NCBI GenBank assembly: GCA_024762675.1
Contig: JANTGZ010000002.1
Coordinates: forward strand, 1-63,117
Direction: 5' to 3'
DNA: 63,117 nt
Source: Thermodesulfobacteriota bacterium
GTDB lineage: Bacteria > Desulfobacterota > Anaeroferrophillalia > Anaeroferrophillales > Tharpellaceae
Made by a program: the position numbers and the translations under genes. Below, piece by piece: positions 18,955-27,421 of this stretch; position 1 is the first letter of the stretch, and every line of letters begins with the position of its first letter. The notes beneath the pieces are model-generated. The model searched no databases and had not been told where the DNA came from. It saw nothing but the letters and a program-made list of their open reading frames with translations.

Positions 18955-20220
18955 ATGACATTTGAATTTGAAGAGAGTGGAAGTCTGGCGGCTGATATCA
19001 AGGTGATCGGAGTTGGCGGCGGTGGTGGCAATGCGGTTGACAATATGATTATGTCGGGCTTGGAAGGGGTTGGTTTTATCGTTGCGAATACTGATGCACA
19101 AGATCTTAATGCATCGCAGGCACCGTTCCGGATACAGCTTGGCAGTCGTATGACCAAAGGTTTAGGAGCTGGTGCCAATCCTGATACCGGACGCAGTGCG
19201 GCTTTAGAGGATGCGGAACAAGTTTCTGAACTCATTGCCGGAGCCGATATGGTTTTTGTGACAGCCGGTATGGGTGGGGGCACGGGAACCGGAGGGGCGC
19301 CGGTGGTTGCCCAGTTGGCTCGAGAGGCCGGAGCGTTGGTGATTGGCGTGGCGACCAAGCCTTTTAGTTTTGAAGGTAAAAAGAAGATGCGGGTTGCCGA
19401 AGAGGGGCTGGAAAAATTGCGGGAAAATGTTGATGCACTGATAACAATTCCCAATCAACGTCTGCTCAATACGGTCTGCAAAGAGACGACGGCCGTTGAT
19501 GCCTTTAAGAAGGCTGATGATGTGCTGCTTCAGGCGGTGCGCAGTATCTCGGACCTGATTAATGTGCATGGTCAGATAAACCTCGATTTTCAGGATGTCA
19601 AAACGGTTATGGGTAACACCGGTATGGCTCTTATGGGAACCGGCATGGCGAGCGGTGAAAATCGTGCCTTGGAGGCGGCCCAGAAGGCGATCGCATCACC
19701 GTTATTGGAAGATTTGAGTATTCAGGGAGCCCGCGGGGTAATCATTAATATTGCAGCAGCAACCGAGGTGACTCTGCATGAGATCAGTGAAGCCGCCACC
19801 CTGATTCAAGAGGAGTCGGATGAAGATGCCGAGGTTATCTGGGGGGTCGTACTCGATGATTCATTGGGTGAAAATCTTCGAGTTACGGTGATTGCAACAG
19901 GTTTTGACTCGGGACAGCGAACCGTTTCGTCAGTAGCCAAGGGGCCGGGTCTCGGGTTGGCCGGCAAATATCCGATCGGTACCCGGCGTGATAACCTTGA
20001 TCGTCCCGCATTTCAGGCGCGTCAGGAAGAGACTGCATCTTTTGAGAATAAATATGAAGCGGTCGATTGTGACCGGACGGCAAACCATATGACACCTGTT
20101 GATGACATTCAGGATCTTCCGCAGATGATGAAGAAGGTCGTGGGCTCCTCTGAAGGTGAGTTTGCGGGCGGGGTGGATGATTATGATATTCCGGCATTTA
20201 TCCGCCGTCAGTTAGACTGA
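18955..20220 (+). CDS. ftsZ: Cell division GTPase FtsZ
   Basis: GVGGGGGNAV, tubulin signature GMGGGTGTGGAPV, NTDAQDL, and the C-terminal conserved peptide DIPAFIRRQ. Strong GGGGAG Shine-Dalgarno sequence. Confidence 0.97.
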   Translation: MTFEFEESGSLAADIKVIGVGGGGGNAVDNMIMSGLEGVGFIVANTDAQDLNASQAPFRIQLGSRMTKGLGAGANPDTGRSAALEDAEQVSELIAGADMVFVTAGMGGGTGTGGAPVVAQLAREAGALVIGVATKPFSFEGKKKMRVAEEGLEKLRENVDALITIPNQRLLNTVCKETTAVDAFKKADDVLLQAVRSISDLINVHGQINLDFQDVKTVMGNTGMALMGTGMASGENRALEAAQKAIASPLLEDLSIQGARGVIINIAAATEVTLHEISEAATLIQEESDEDAEVIWGVVLDDSLGENLRVTVIATGFDSGQRTVSSVAKGPGLGLAGKYPIGTRRDNLDRPAFQARQEETASFENKYEAVDCDRTANHMTPVDDIQDLPQMMKKVVGSSEGEFAGGVDDYDIPAFIRRQLD

Positions 20221-20321
20221 AATAAAAACTAAAATGTGAAAATGATATTGGAAACCACACATCAGAGTAAAAAGCTGACCCGATCGATGAATGCATATTT
20301 ACTGAAACCGGCGGTATCGTC

Positions 20322-20999
20322 GTGAATATTACTCCCCTTGAGAGTAAAGTCAATGGCGTCATTTGTCAACTTGAGGCGACGAATACCGGGGTTGGTATAG
20401 CAGGACACTACAATGACGCTGACACCAGTGTGCATAGCTGGAGGATGGCAGCCTATGTCGGAGCTATCGCCCGCGGTATTGGGTGGAAGGTGGAAAAGGT
20501 GGAAATGCTGGAACTGGCAGCCCCTATGCACGATGCCGGAAAAATTGGAATTCCGGACTCAGTGTTGAAAAAACCAGCCAGTCTGGACCCTGAAGAGTGG
20601 AAGATTATGAAGACCCATCCGGTCTTGGGGCATCGTATTCTATCCAAGAGTGATGCCCCGCTTTTTAAGATGGCGGCGGATATTGCCCTCTACCATCACG
20701 AAAAATGGGATGGTTCCGGCTACCCGGAAGGGTTGGCCGGGACAGAGATTCCACAAAGCGCCAGGATTGTTGCTATTGTCGATGTTTTTGACGCTTTAAC
20801 TATGAGACGCCCCTACAAAGAACCCTGGTCAGAGAAGTCCGCGTTTTCCGAAATCAGAAAATGTGTAGGCAGCCATTTTGATCCGGAACTGATGGCCTGT
20901 TTTTTTGATGTTCAGGAAGAGATACAGGATTTGAAAGCAAAGTGGGATGAGAAAGAAAGATTTGAAGATAAGGAAAAGGTGAACCGGGTCATGATCTGA
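20322..20999 (+). CDS. Stand-alone HD-GYP domain protein (putative c-di-GMP/cGAMP phosphodiesterase)
   Basis: HSWRMAAY..., HDAGKIGIP and HHEKWDGSGYPEGL motifs. No receiver or sensor domain is visible in the 225-aa ORF. Confidence 0.8.
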   Translation: MNITPLESKVNGVICQLEATNTGVGIAGHYNDADTSVHSWRMAAYVGAIARGIGWKVEKVEMLELAAPMHDAGKIGIPDSVLKKPASLDPEEWKIMKTHPVLGHRILSKSDAPLFKMAADIALYHHEKWDGSGYPEGLAGTEIPQSARIVAIVDVFDALTMRRPYKEPWSEKSAFSEIRKCVGSHFDPELMACFFDVQEEIQDLKAKWDEKERFEDKEKVNRVMI

Positions 21000-21048
21000 T
21001 TGAAAGATTACTAATAGCTTGATAGAAGCCTTTCAAAAAAGGCTAATG

Positions 21049-21480
21049 CTAGAGTGTGTGGATGACATTGGTAACCACGCCCCAGATTTCGAAACTCATC
21101 TCCCCGGTTATCTCGGTGGGGTTGTAATCATGGTTTTCCGGAAGCAGTAAAATCTTTCCTTCGCTTATCCTGATTCTTTTCACAGTCAATTCACCATCGA
21201 TTACGGCAATGACCACCTTTTTATCAGTTGCTTCCAACGCCCGGTCGACAATCAAAATGTCGCCGGAGTGAATGCCGGCTTCAATCATTGAATCACCCTT
21301 GACCTTAACAAAGAAGGTTGCCGCCGGGTGTTTGATGAGGTGTTTGTTCAAATCGAGCCGGTTTTCAACGTAGTCATCAGCCGGTGATGGGAAACCAGCT
21401 GAAACCGGGACCAGAAAAAGGTGACGTTTGTACTCGGTCGACTGGTCCGGTTGGTATATTGTTTCGATTGTCGTCTTCAT
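21049..21480 (-). CDS. umuD: UmuD/LexA-like S24 peptidase (Pol V accessory subunit-like)
   Basis: 143 aa. GDSMIEAGIHSGDILIVD (Ser nucleophile) and ELTVKRI (Lys general base) motifs. The size fits UmuD rather than LexA, and there is no HTH domain. Confidence 0.8.
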   Translation of the reverse strand: MKTTIETIYQPDQSTEYKRHLFLVPVSAGFPSPADDYVENRLDLNKHLIKHPAATFFVKVKGDSMIEAGIHSGDILIVDRALEATDKKVVIAVIDGELTVKRIRISEGKILLLPENHDYNPTEITGEMSFEIWGVVTNVIHTL

Positions 21481-21591
21481 GATACCCAGAAGTTTTGAGA
21501 AGGTTTTCCTGCCTTAAGTTTACGGGATGCTTTTTCCCGAATAATTATCACCATAACACAAAAAAACTGCTGGTTTCAAAAAAATATCATA

Positions 21592-21628
21592 AGGCCTGCG
21601 CTGACTCAGTAAGTGCAGGCCTTTTTTT
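21592..21628 (+). terminator. Orphan intrinsic-terminator-like hairpin
   Basis: AGGCCTGC (21592-21599) / GCAGGCCT (21615-21622) with a 15-nt loop, followed by TTTTTT on the plus strand. An A-run precedes it. No annotated plus-strand gene ends here. Confidence 0.4.
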
Positions 21629-21796
21629 ATGTGCTCGGCGCCATAACCCATAGGGATTTCCAATGCGATATGCTGTTAAATCCATAATAACGATTGGATT
21701 TTTTAATAAAAATCTAATAATTACCAATCTCTTAATTCTTTTCAGACGACTGAAAATCAATCTGAAATCCTAACGCATTACCGTGGAGAAAAAGAG

Positions 21797-22621
21797 ATGA
21801 AGGGCAAAGCTATTGTTTTTATTGCTGCTTTGTTGTTTATGGCATCGGGCAATCTGGTTTTTGCCGGGGCCTGGACCTCCAAACAGGGCGGCATGTACAA
21901 TAAACTGGCATTTAACTACTTCGAAAGCAAACATTACTACGATGATGACGGTGATCGCCATCGCCTTGCTTACGACGGCCAATATAGCGATACCAACCTT
22001 AATTGGTATCTCGAATATGGTCTCAGCGATCAGCTCACGCTGATCGGATCATTTTACTATAAGTGGCTGGAGCAGGAGAATGACTATTTCATTGCCAAGA
22101 GCGAAGGGGTCGGCGATTTCGAGGTCGGCCTTAAGTGGAGGATTCTCGATGAACCGGTGGTTCTGGCGATTCAGGGTCTGACAAAAATTTCAGGCCCTTA
22201 TGACGATAACGAGGTTCCGGGGCTCGGCAACGATCAGACCGATTTTGAACTGCGTCTGTTGCTTGGGAAATCTCTCTATCCGTTGCCCCTCTACATGGGG
22301 CTTGAAGCGGCCTATCGCTGGCGGACTAAAGCTCCTTCAGACGAGTGGCGCCTGCTCGCCGAACTGGGAGGTAATGCCGGAAAATATTTTTATGGCCGCA
22401 TAAAACTTGATTGTCTGTTCAGCGCCAACAATGCTGACAGCGGTGCCGGCTTCACCAATATCACATTGACTCCTGAGTATGACTTAATCACATTAGACAC
22501 CACTGTCGGTGTCAATATCAATAAACATTTAAGTCTGGAGCTCTCATATACCCCGACCATCCATGGTGAAAATACGGCGGCCGGCTACACTGTCAGTTCA
22601 GCCTTGATCTACTCATTTTAG
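21797..22621 (+). CDS. Outer-membrane beta-barrel protein (MetA-pathway/transporter-like OMP family)
   Basis: 274 aa. Signal peptide ending VFAGA, alternating amphipathic strands, aromatic C-terminus (ALIYSF). Confidence 0.55.
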   Translation: MKGKAIVFIAALLFMASGNLVFAGAWTSKQGGMYNKLAFNYFESKHYYDDDGDRHRLAYDGQYSDTNLNWYLEYGLSDQLTLIGSFYYKWLEQENDYFIAKSEGVGDFEVGLKWRILDEPVVLAIQGLTKISGPYDDNEVPGLGNDQTDFELRLLLGKSLYPLPLYMGLEAAYRWRTKAPSDEWRLLAELGGNAGKYFYGRIKLDCLFSANNADSGAGFTNITLTPEYDLITLDTTVGVNINKHLSLELSYTPTIHGENTAAGYTVSSALIYSF

Positions 22622-22641
22622 TCGCTACAGGAGTAACAAAA

Positions 22642-25600
22642 ATGTCGCGCACATTATCTCTTATCATTTTCTTGGTTCTGGTTTTGGCCGTCGCTAAGGC
22701 TCAGGCTTTCGACTTAAGCTCTTCAAGTATCAAGATCAAAAACCCACCACCGATCCACTTAAGCCATCAGGCTTTTGATCTGCTCGATATTGCTCGTCTG
22801 CCTCTTGCTCCTGGGGTCCAGCAGATTGGGGTTATTGACGATCTTGTTAAACGTCTCGGTGATTACCTGGCCGGTGCCGGTCATGAAGTTTTAGGAACCT
22901 CCGGTATCGCTGCTAAACCTTTGGCCGCTGACGGCTCGATTAAGTACGCCTACGGCAACTGGATGGTCAAAACGGCTGAATCAACCGGGATCCGACTGCT
23001 CGAAGTCAGAATCAGTGAACTTGAGGAGATTATTCTTGAAAAAGCCCCGTTGGCGGCGGCAGGGCTCCCTTTTCGTTTTATCATCATGCCGGATACTTTT
23101 TACGGTCAGACCTTTATCCACATCTGCCTGGTCGACCCCCTCCTCTTTACTTCGCAATTTGTCAACTGTGATTCAAGCTTGCAAGAAACTTTGATTAGAT
23201 CCCGTCAACTTCTCTGCGGCTATGTCCGCAAGGCTTTCCCCGAAGCTTTTTACGATCCTCAACTTCCGCTCTACGATCCACCTGTCGTCGGTTTGCCGGT
23301 TCTGAACCGGGTCGCTCAGGTTGATGTTGGTGACAATCAATATTTCACTACCTTGGAAGATGTCGTCAGCGCCGTCCAGAAAGGTGGTGTCACCCTTTTT
23401 TCCGAGACTCCGGATGAACATCCCTATACGGTCAATGGCACTTTTGCTGATTACACATATCTTGACGATGAAAAGAGTTCTTTTTCAGGTGTCCTCTCTT
23501 TCCCTCTCTTTTCAATGATCAAGGATGGCTGGAAAAAAATAGATGGCGTTAAAACTTTTTTCCCAGAATGGAAACTGCAAAACCACTCACCGGCTATCGA
23601 GGCGTTGATTCAACAAAGTTTCATTCATGTTTACGGCTCCAGCTCCGTTGATCCACAGCAGCGTTTGAAATTTACTACCGCCGCCGGACCGATCTACTCT
23701 CTTCAGGTTTTTGATGCCTACACCAATCCTTTGCTGCTTCATTCCGGACTCTGGCACTATCAGGCTTTACCAACCACCATCCTCTTTCATGAAGCTACTC
23801 CCGGGCTTGTCGATATCTGGATTCAGGATCCGGCTGCCACCACCATCCGTTACTATGCCGATGTCAGTGATGTGTTGCTGGCTTCTTTCAAGGAAGCCTG
23901 GGACGCCAACCCCAGCAACAAAACCGATTGGCCTGCATGGGGTAAAGTTGCAATGGCAGAGCATAGTCGCGATAACCTGATCCGGGTAATTAAAAATTCC
24001 GTGGCCCCCCGTGTTGATCAAGGAGTGTTGCTGAGCCCGGAAAGCTTGGTCCGAAAACTTGATGACCCTGATGTTAGAGTAATTGACGCCCGTAGTGTTG
24101 GCTACGAATCCGGCCATATTCTAAAAGCGATCTCCCTGCCTCATACAGAAATCTCCGATGCCGGTATGAATCTGAAGACTGTCGCTGAACTTGAAGAGCT
24201 TTTGACCAGTAAAGGGATTCATCAAGCCCAGACCATCGTGATCTACGATGGCGGCAGCAAAGATCTTGGTGCTGCCGCCCGTCTCTTCTGGATGTTTGAG
24301 TATCTTGGCTGCGAGAATGTTCATCTTCTGGATGGCGGCTGGCAAGGCTGGTTGGATAATGAACTTCCTTCTGAAATCGTAACCCCGGAACCGTCTTTAA
24401 ACACTTCACCGTTCCAGGCTAACCTACGCCCCGAAGTTGTGACAACCGGTATGGGTTTGAGCCGACAACGGGAAGATAACTATATTGCCATTGTTGACTG
24501 TCGCAGCGACGAAGAGTACAATGGCTGGGTTCTGAACGGAGAGGCGTTGGGCGGCCATATCGCCAGCGCTCTCCATCTGCCCTATAGCTGGCTCTTTCGC
24601 GATGAGCACCATCTTCAGGATTACGGGACCCTGAAAGACCTTTTCTCGAGTAAAGGGTTGGTCTCAGATAGTCCCATAACTGTCTACTCCAGTGCCGGGA
24701 TTCAGAGTTCTATGACCTATTTTGCTTTGCGTCTGCTTGGTTACCAGAATATTGCCAACTACGATGGCTCTTACCTGGAGTGGAGCGGTTTCAGTTATTT
24801 CGATCCCGTAAACTTTCCGATCGAAAAATTACAGAATTATAACCGTCTGGTCAATCCTCAATGGGTACAAGATGAGTTATTGATAAATAATAATAACGGA
24901 CACCCCTTTCTCATCGTTGATACAGGCTGGGGGCCGGCTGGTGACGCCTATCTTGAAGCCCATATTCCCGGTGCCATCCATGTTAACACTGATGAGATTG
25001 AGTATGATGATTTTTATGCGCGCAACGATCCGCCGGCCGATATCTGGTTCGGACGCAGTACGACCGCTGAAGAGGATTTCGCCAAAGGTTTAACCGGCGA
25101 TGACACTTTGCCGAAAAACTACTGGAATATCTATCCCTATCACTATCTCCTGCCGGCAATTGCTAATATGGGGATTACGACCGAGACCACAGTTGTTGTT
25201 TACGGTGCTGATGTTACCGCCGCCGCCCGCGTGATCTGGACCCTGATGTACGCCGGAGTCGAAGATGTGCGCTTGCTCAACGGAGGTCTCAAAGCTTGGC
25301 AGCAAGCTGGGTATGATACTGAAAGCGGTCTGATTCCGCATTCACCGGTGGCCTGGTTTGGCAGTGATGAGCCGTTGCACCCGGAATATCTGGTCGATAC
25401 CGAATATATTGGCGAGGTTGTCGCCGGGGTACATTCTGACGCCGTTATCGCTGATATTCGTACTTGGGATGAGTATATAGGGGCAACCGCCCCTTACTCA
25501 TATATTCCCACCGACGGCCGTATCGAAGGCGCTCTCTGGGGTCATTCCGGTGAGGGCCCCTGGAGCATGGAGGAGTATGTTGACTTTGACGGTACTCTGC

Positions 25601-25836
25601 GCAGCTATACTGAAGTCGAGGAGATGTGGCACCAAGAGGGTATTACCGCCGATAAAAACGTCAGCCACTATTGCGGCACCGGTTGGCGCGCTGCCTTAAC
25701 CTTTCTCTACGGTTATATGATGGGTTGGGATCGGGTCAATCTCTACGACGGCGGCTGGTACGAATGGAGTTTGGGCGATAACGCGGCAGATAATCCGATT
25801 ATCGACGACAGTCCGGGACTGCCGATCTACGATTGA
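22642..25836 (+). CDS. Secreted 1064-aa protein: unknown ~450-aa N-domain plus four rhodanese domains
   Basis: Signal peptide (VLVLAVAKAQA). There are four rhodanese-like repeats. Only the last carries an active-site Cys loop (HYCGTGWRAAL). The equivalent loops of the others read DGGSKDLG, SSAGIQSS and GADVTAAA. Confidence 0.75.
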   Translation: MSRTLSLIIFLVLVLAVAKAQAFDLSSSSIKIKNPPPIHLSHQAFDLLDIARLPLAPGVQQIGVIDDLVKRLGDYLAGAGHEVLGTSGIAAKPLAADGSIKYAYGNWMVKTAESTGIRLLEVRISELEEIILEKAPLAAAGLPFRFIIMPDTFYGQTFIHICLVDPLLFTSQFVNCDSSLQETLIRSRQLLCGYVRKAFPEAFYDPQLPLYDPPVVGLPVLNRVAQVDVGDNQYFTTLEDVVSAVQKGGVTLFSETPDEHPYTVNGTFADYTYLDDEKSSFSGVLSFPLFSMIKDGWKKIDGVKTFFPEWKLQNHSPAIEALIQQSFIHVYGSSSVDPQQRLKFTTAAGPIYSLQVFDAYTNPLLLHSGLWHYQALPTTILFHEATPGLVDIWIQDPAATTIRYYADVSDVLLASFKEAWDANPSNKTDWPAWGKVAMAEHSRDNLIRVIKNSVAPRVDQGVLLSPESLVRKLDDPDVRVIDARSVGYESGHILKAISLPHTEISDAGMNLKTVAELEELLTSKGIHQAQTIVIYDGGSKDLGAAARLFWMFEYLGCENVHLLDGGWQGWLDNELPSEIVTPEPSLNTSPFQANLRPEVVTTGMGLSRQREDNYIAIVDCRSDEEYNGWVLNGEALGGHIASALHLPYSWLFRDEHHLQDYGTLKDLFSSKGLVSDSPITVYSSAGIQSSMTYFALRLLGYQNIANYDGSYLEWSGFSYFDPVNFPIEKLQNYNRLVNPQWVQDELLINNNNGHPFLIVDTGWGPAGDAYLEAHIPGAIHVNTDEIEYDDFYARNDPPADIWFGRSTTAEEDFAKGLTGDDTLPKNYWNIYPYHYLLPAIANMGITTETTVVVYGADVTAAARVIWTLMYAGVEDVRLLNGGLKAWQQAGYDTESGLIPHSPVAWFGSDEPLHPEYLVDTEYIGEVVAGVHSDAVIADIRTWDEYIGATAPYSYIPTDGRIEGALWGHSGEGPWSMEEYVDFDGTLRSYTEVEEMWHQEGITADKNVSHYCGTGWRAALTFLYGYMMGWDRVNLYDGGWYEWSLGDNAADNPIIDDSPGLPIYD

Positions 25837-27095
25837 TGGCTTCATTAAAAAAGCCCTTTGCGGCCTATGAGTCTACTTTCGGCATTGTTCTTTATGCTCT
25901 CTCTATAGTCTTCTTAAGCCGCTTTACCAGGTTCTCTTATCTCCCTTTTATCACAGTCTACCTGGGAGCTTTGGGAGCCTATTTTATAATTCTTAAAAAA
26001 CTTCCAACACTCTCCCGCAAAAAACTGCTCGTTCTTCTTTTTTTTGGTCTCGTCTCAAGGTTGTTATCTATCTTCCAGGAGCCGCTACTCTCAGGTGATC
26101 TCTACCGTTGTCTCTGGGAGGGAATTGTCACTCTGCACGGCAAAAATCCCTACCTGATCTCTCCGGCTGACCCTGAGCTGGAAAACTTACGCCCGGTCTG
26201 GCACCATCTTATAAACCATGCCGAATATCCGGCCCTCTATCCGCCTTTAACAACTCTTTTCAATACCCTGGTCGCCTTTATCAAGCCAACCCCGCACTTT
26301 TATAAAGGTTGTCTCACCCTGGTTGATCTCTCTTTGACCTTGGTCATCGGCCTGCGTCTTACGTCTCTCAAAAAACCGCGTCGCTTCCTGTTCCTCTACT
26401 TTCTCCACCCTTTACCAATCATCGAAATCAGCGGCAATGGTCACCATGAAGCTCTGGTTCTGCTGGCTATTATGACCGCTTTTTACCTTCTTGACCAAGA
26501 CAAGCTGAGTGCCGCAGCCGCCTGGTTTTCCGCTGCAGTGCTGAGCAAATACTTTTTTCTGATCTTGATCTCCGAATTTCGCAATTGGCGGACTTTGTTG
26601 ATTCTGCTGGTTTTTAGTCTATCTCTTTTTGCGCCTTTCTATTCTACACAAGGAAATATATTTTTTTCGCTTGGGGCTTACCTTGAACACTGGGAATTTA
26701 ATGCATCACTTTATCGTCTGGGTACTCTGCTGATTACCGACCACGGTTACCTGCGCCTCCTTTTAGTTTCAGGCTATCTGTTTTTCTGGTTCTATATAAA
26801 CCTCAGAGTTGAGTTGCCGGATCATCAGCGTTCGGTGATTCTTTTAACCGGTTTGCTCCTGATTTCGCCCACAGTTCATCCCTGGTACGGACTCTGGTTG
26901 TTGCCATTTCTGGTTTTTTACCAATATCGCGCGGGCCTGCTTTTTATCTCTTTATTGCCGCTTTCTTACATTGTTTTGGAAGGTTTTCAGGCAAGTGGCA
27001 TATGGCGGGAAAATTACTGGATCACAACCTTGATTTACAGTCCTCTGGCTTTCGATCTGGGGCGCAAAATTCAAAAGCGTTGTTACGCTAGATAA
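25836..27095 (+). CDS. Polytopic membrane protein, GT-C-like (DUF2029/GT87-like) candidate glycosyltransferase
   Basis: ~419 aa with >10 predicted TM helices. Start overlaps the rhodanese stop (TGATG). The family call is from overall architecture only. Confidence 0.4.
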   Translation: MASLKKPFAAYESTFGIVLYALSIVFLSRFTRFSYLPFITVYLGALGAYFIILKKLPTLSRKKLLVLLFFGLVSRLLSIFQEPLLSGDLYRCLWEGIVTLHGKNPYLISPADPELENLRPVWHHLINHAEYPALYPPLTTLFNTLVAFIKPTPHFYKGCLTLVDLSLTLVIGLRLTSLKKPRRFLFLYFLHPLPIIEISGNGHHEALVLLAIMTAFYLLDQDKLSAAAAWFSAAVLSKYFFLILISEFRNWRTLLILLVFSLSLFAPFYSTQGNIFFSLGAYLEHWEFNASLYRLGTLLITDHGYLRLLLVSGYLFFWFYINLRVELPDHQRSVILLTGLLLISPTVHPWYGLWLLPFLVFYQYRAGLLFISLLPLSYIVLEGFQASGIWRENYWITTLIYSPLAFDLGRKIQKRCYAR

Positions 27096-27290
27096 TTTTA
27101 CACTTCGGGGTGTAGCGAAAAAATCTGATCAGAGCGCAAGCTAAAGATCTGTCCCAGCTCCGCCGGGTTAGAGTGTAACAATCAACTCTACCAAAATAAT
27201 TACAATTTCACTGCCAAACAGCAAAAACTGCCCTTTTGTTACATTGTCGCTGAGAAGGTCAGGCTGGAAGAAATTGGTTGTAAAGAGACA

Positions 27291-27345
27291 TTTCCAATGG
27301 CAATGTTAAATTGCTACTTTTCTCCAGAGATTTGAAAGCAAGCGG
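27291..27345. repeat. Degenerate copy (A0) of the A-repeat core
   Basis: CCAATGGCAAT...CTACTTTTCTCCAGAGATTTGA resembles the A1 core CCAATGGCAATCTCTACTTTTCAGCCAG...TAGAGATTGA, with a 9-nt insertion. It lies ~80 nt 3' of the tail-fibre-like gene. Confidence 0.4.
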
Positions 27346-27421
27346 GGAAAAGATCTGAAAACCACCAAATTCGTACAGGCAATACTGATCCTGAGGTGAT
27401 TGGCTAGTCACAAGTTTCCAT

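Noticed and set aside
18906-19454. 182-aa minus-strand ORF
   Set aside because: It is entirely antisense to the highly conserved ftsZ GTPase domain. It is Pro/Ala/Ser-rich, so a shadow ORF.
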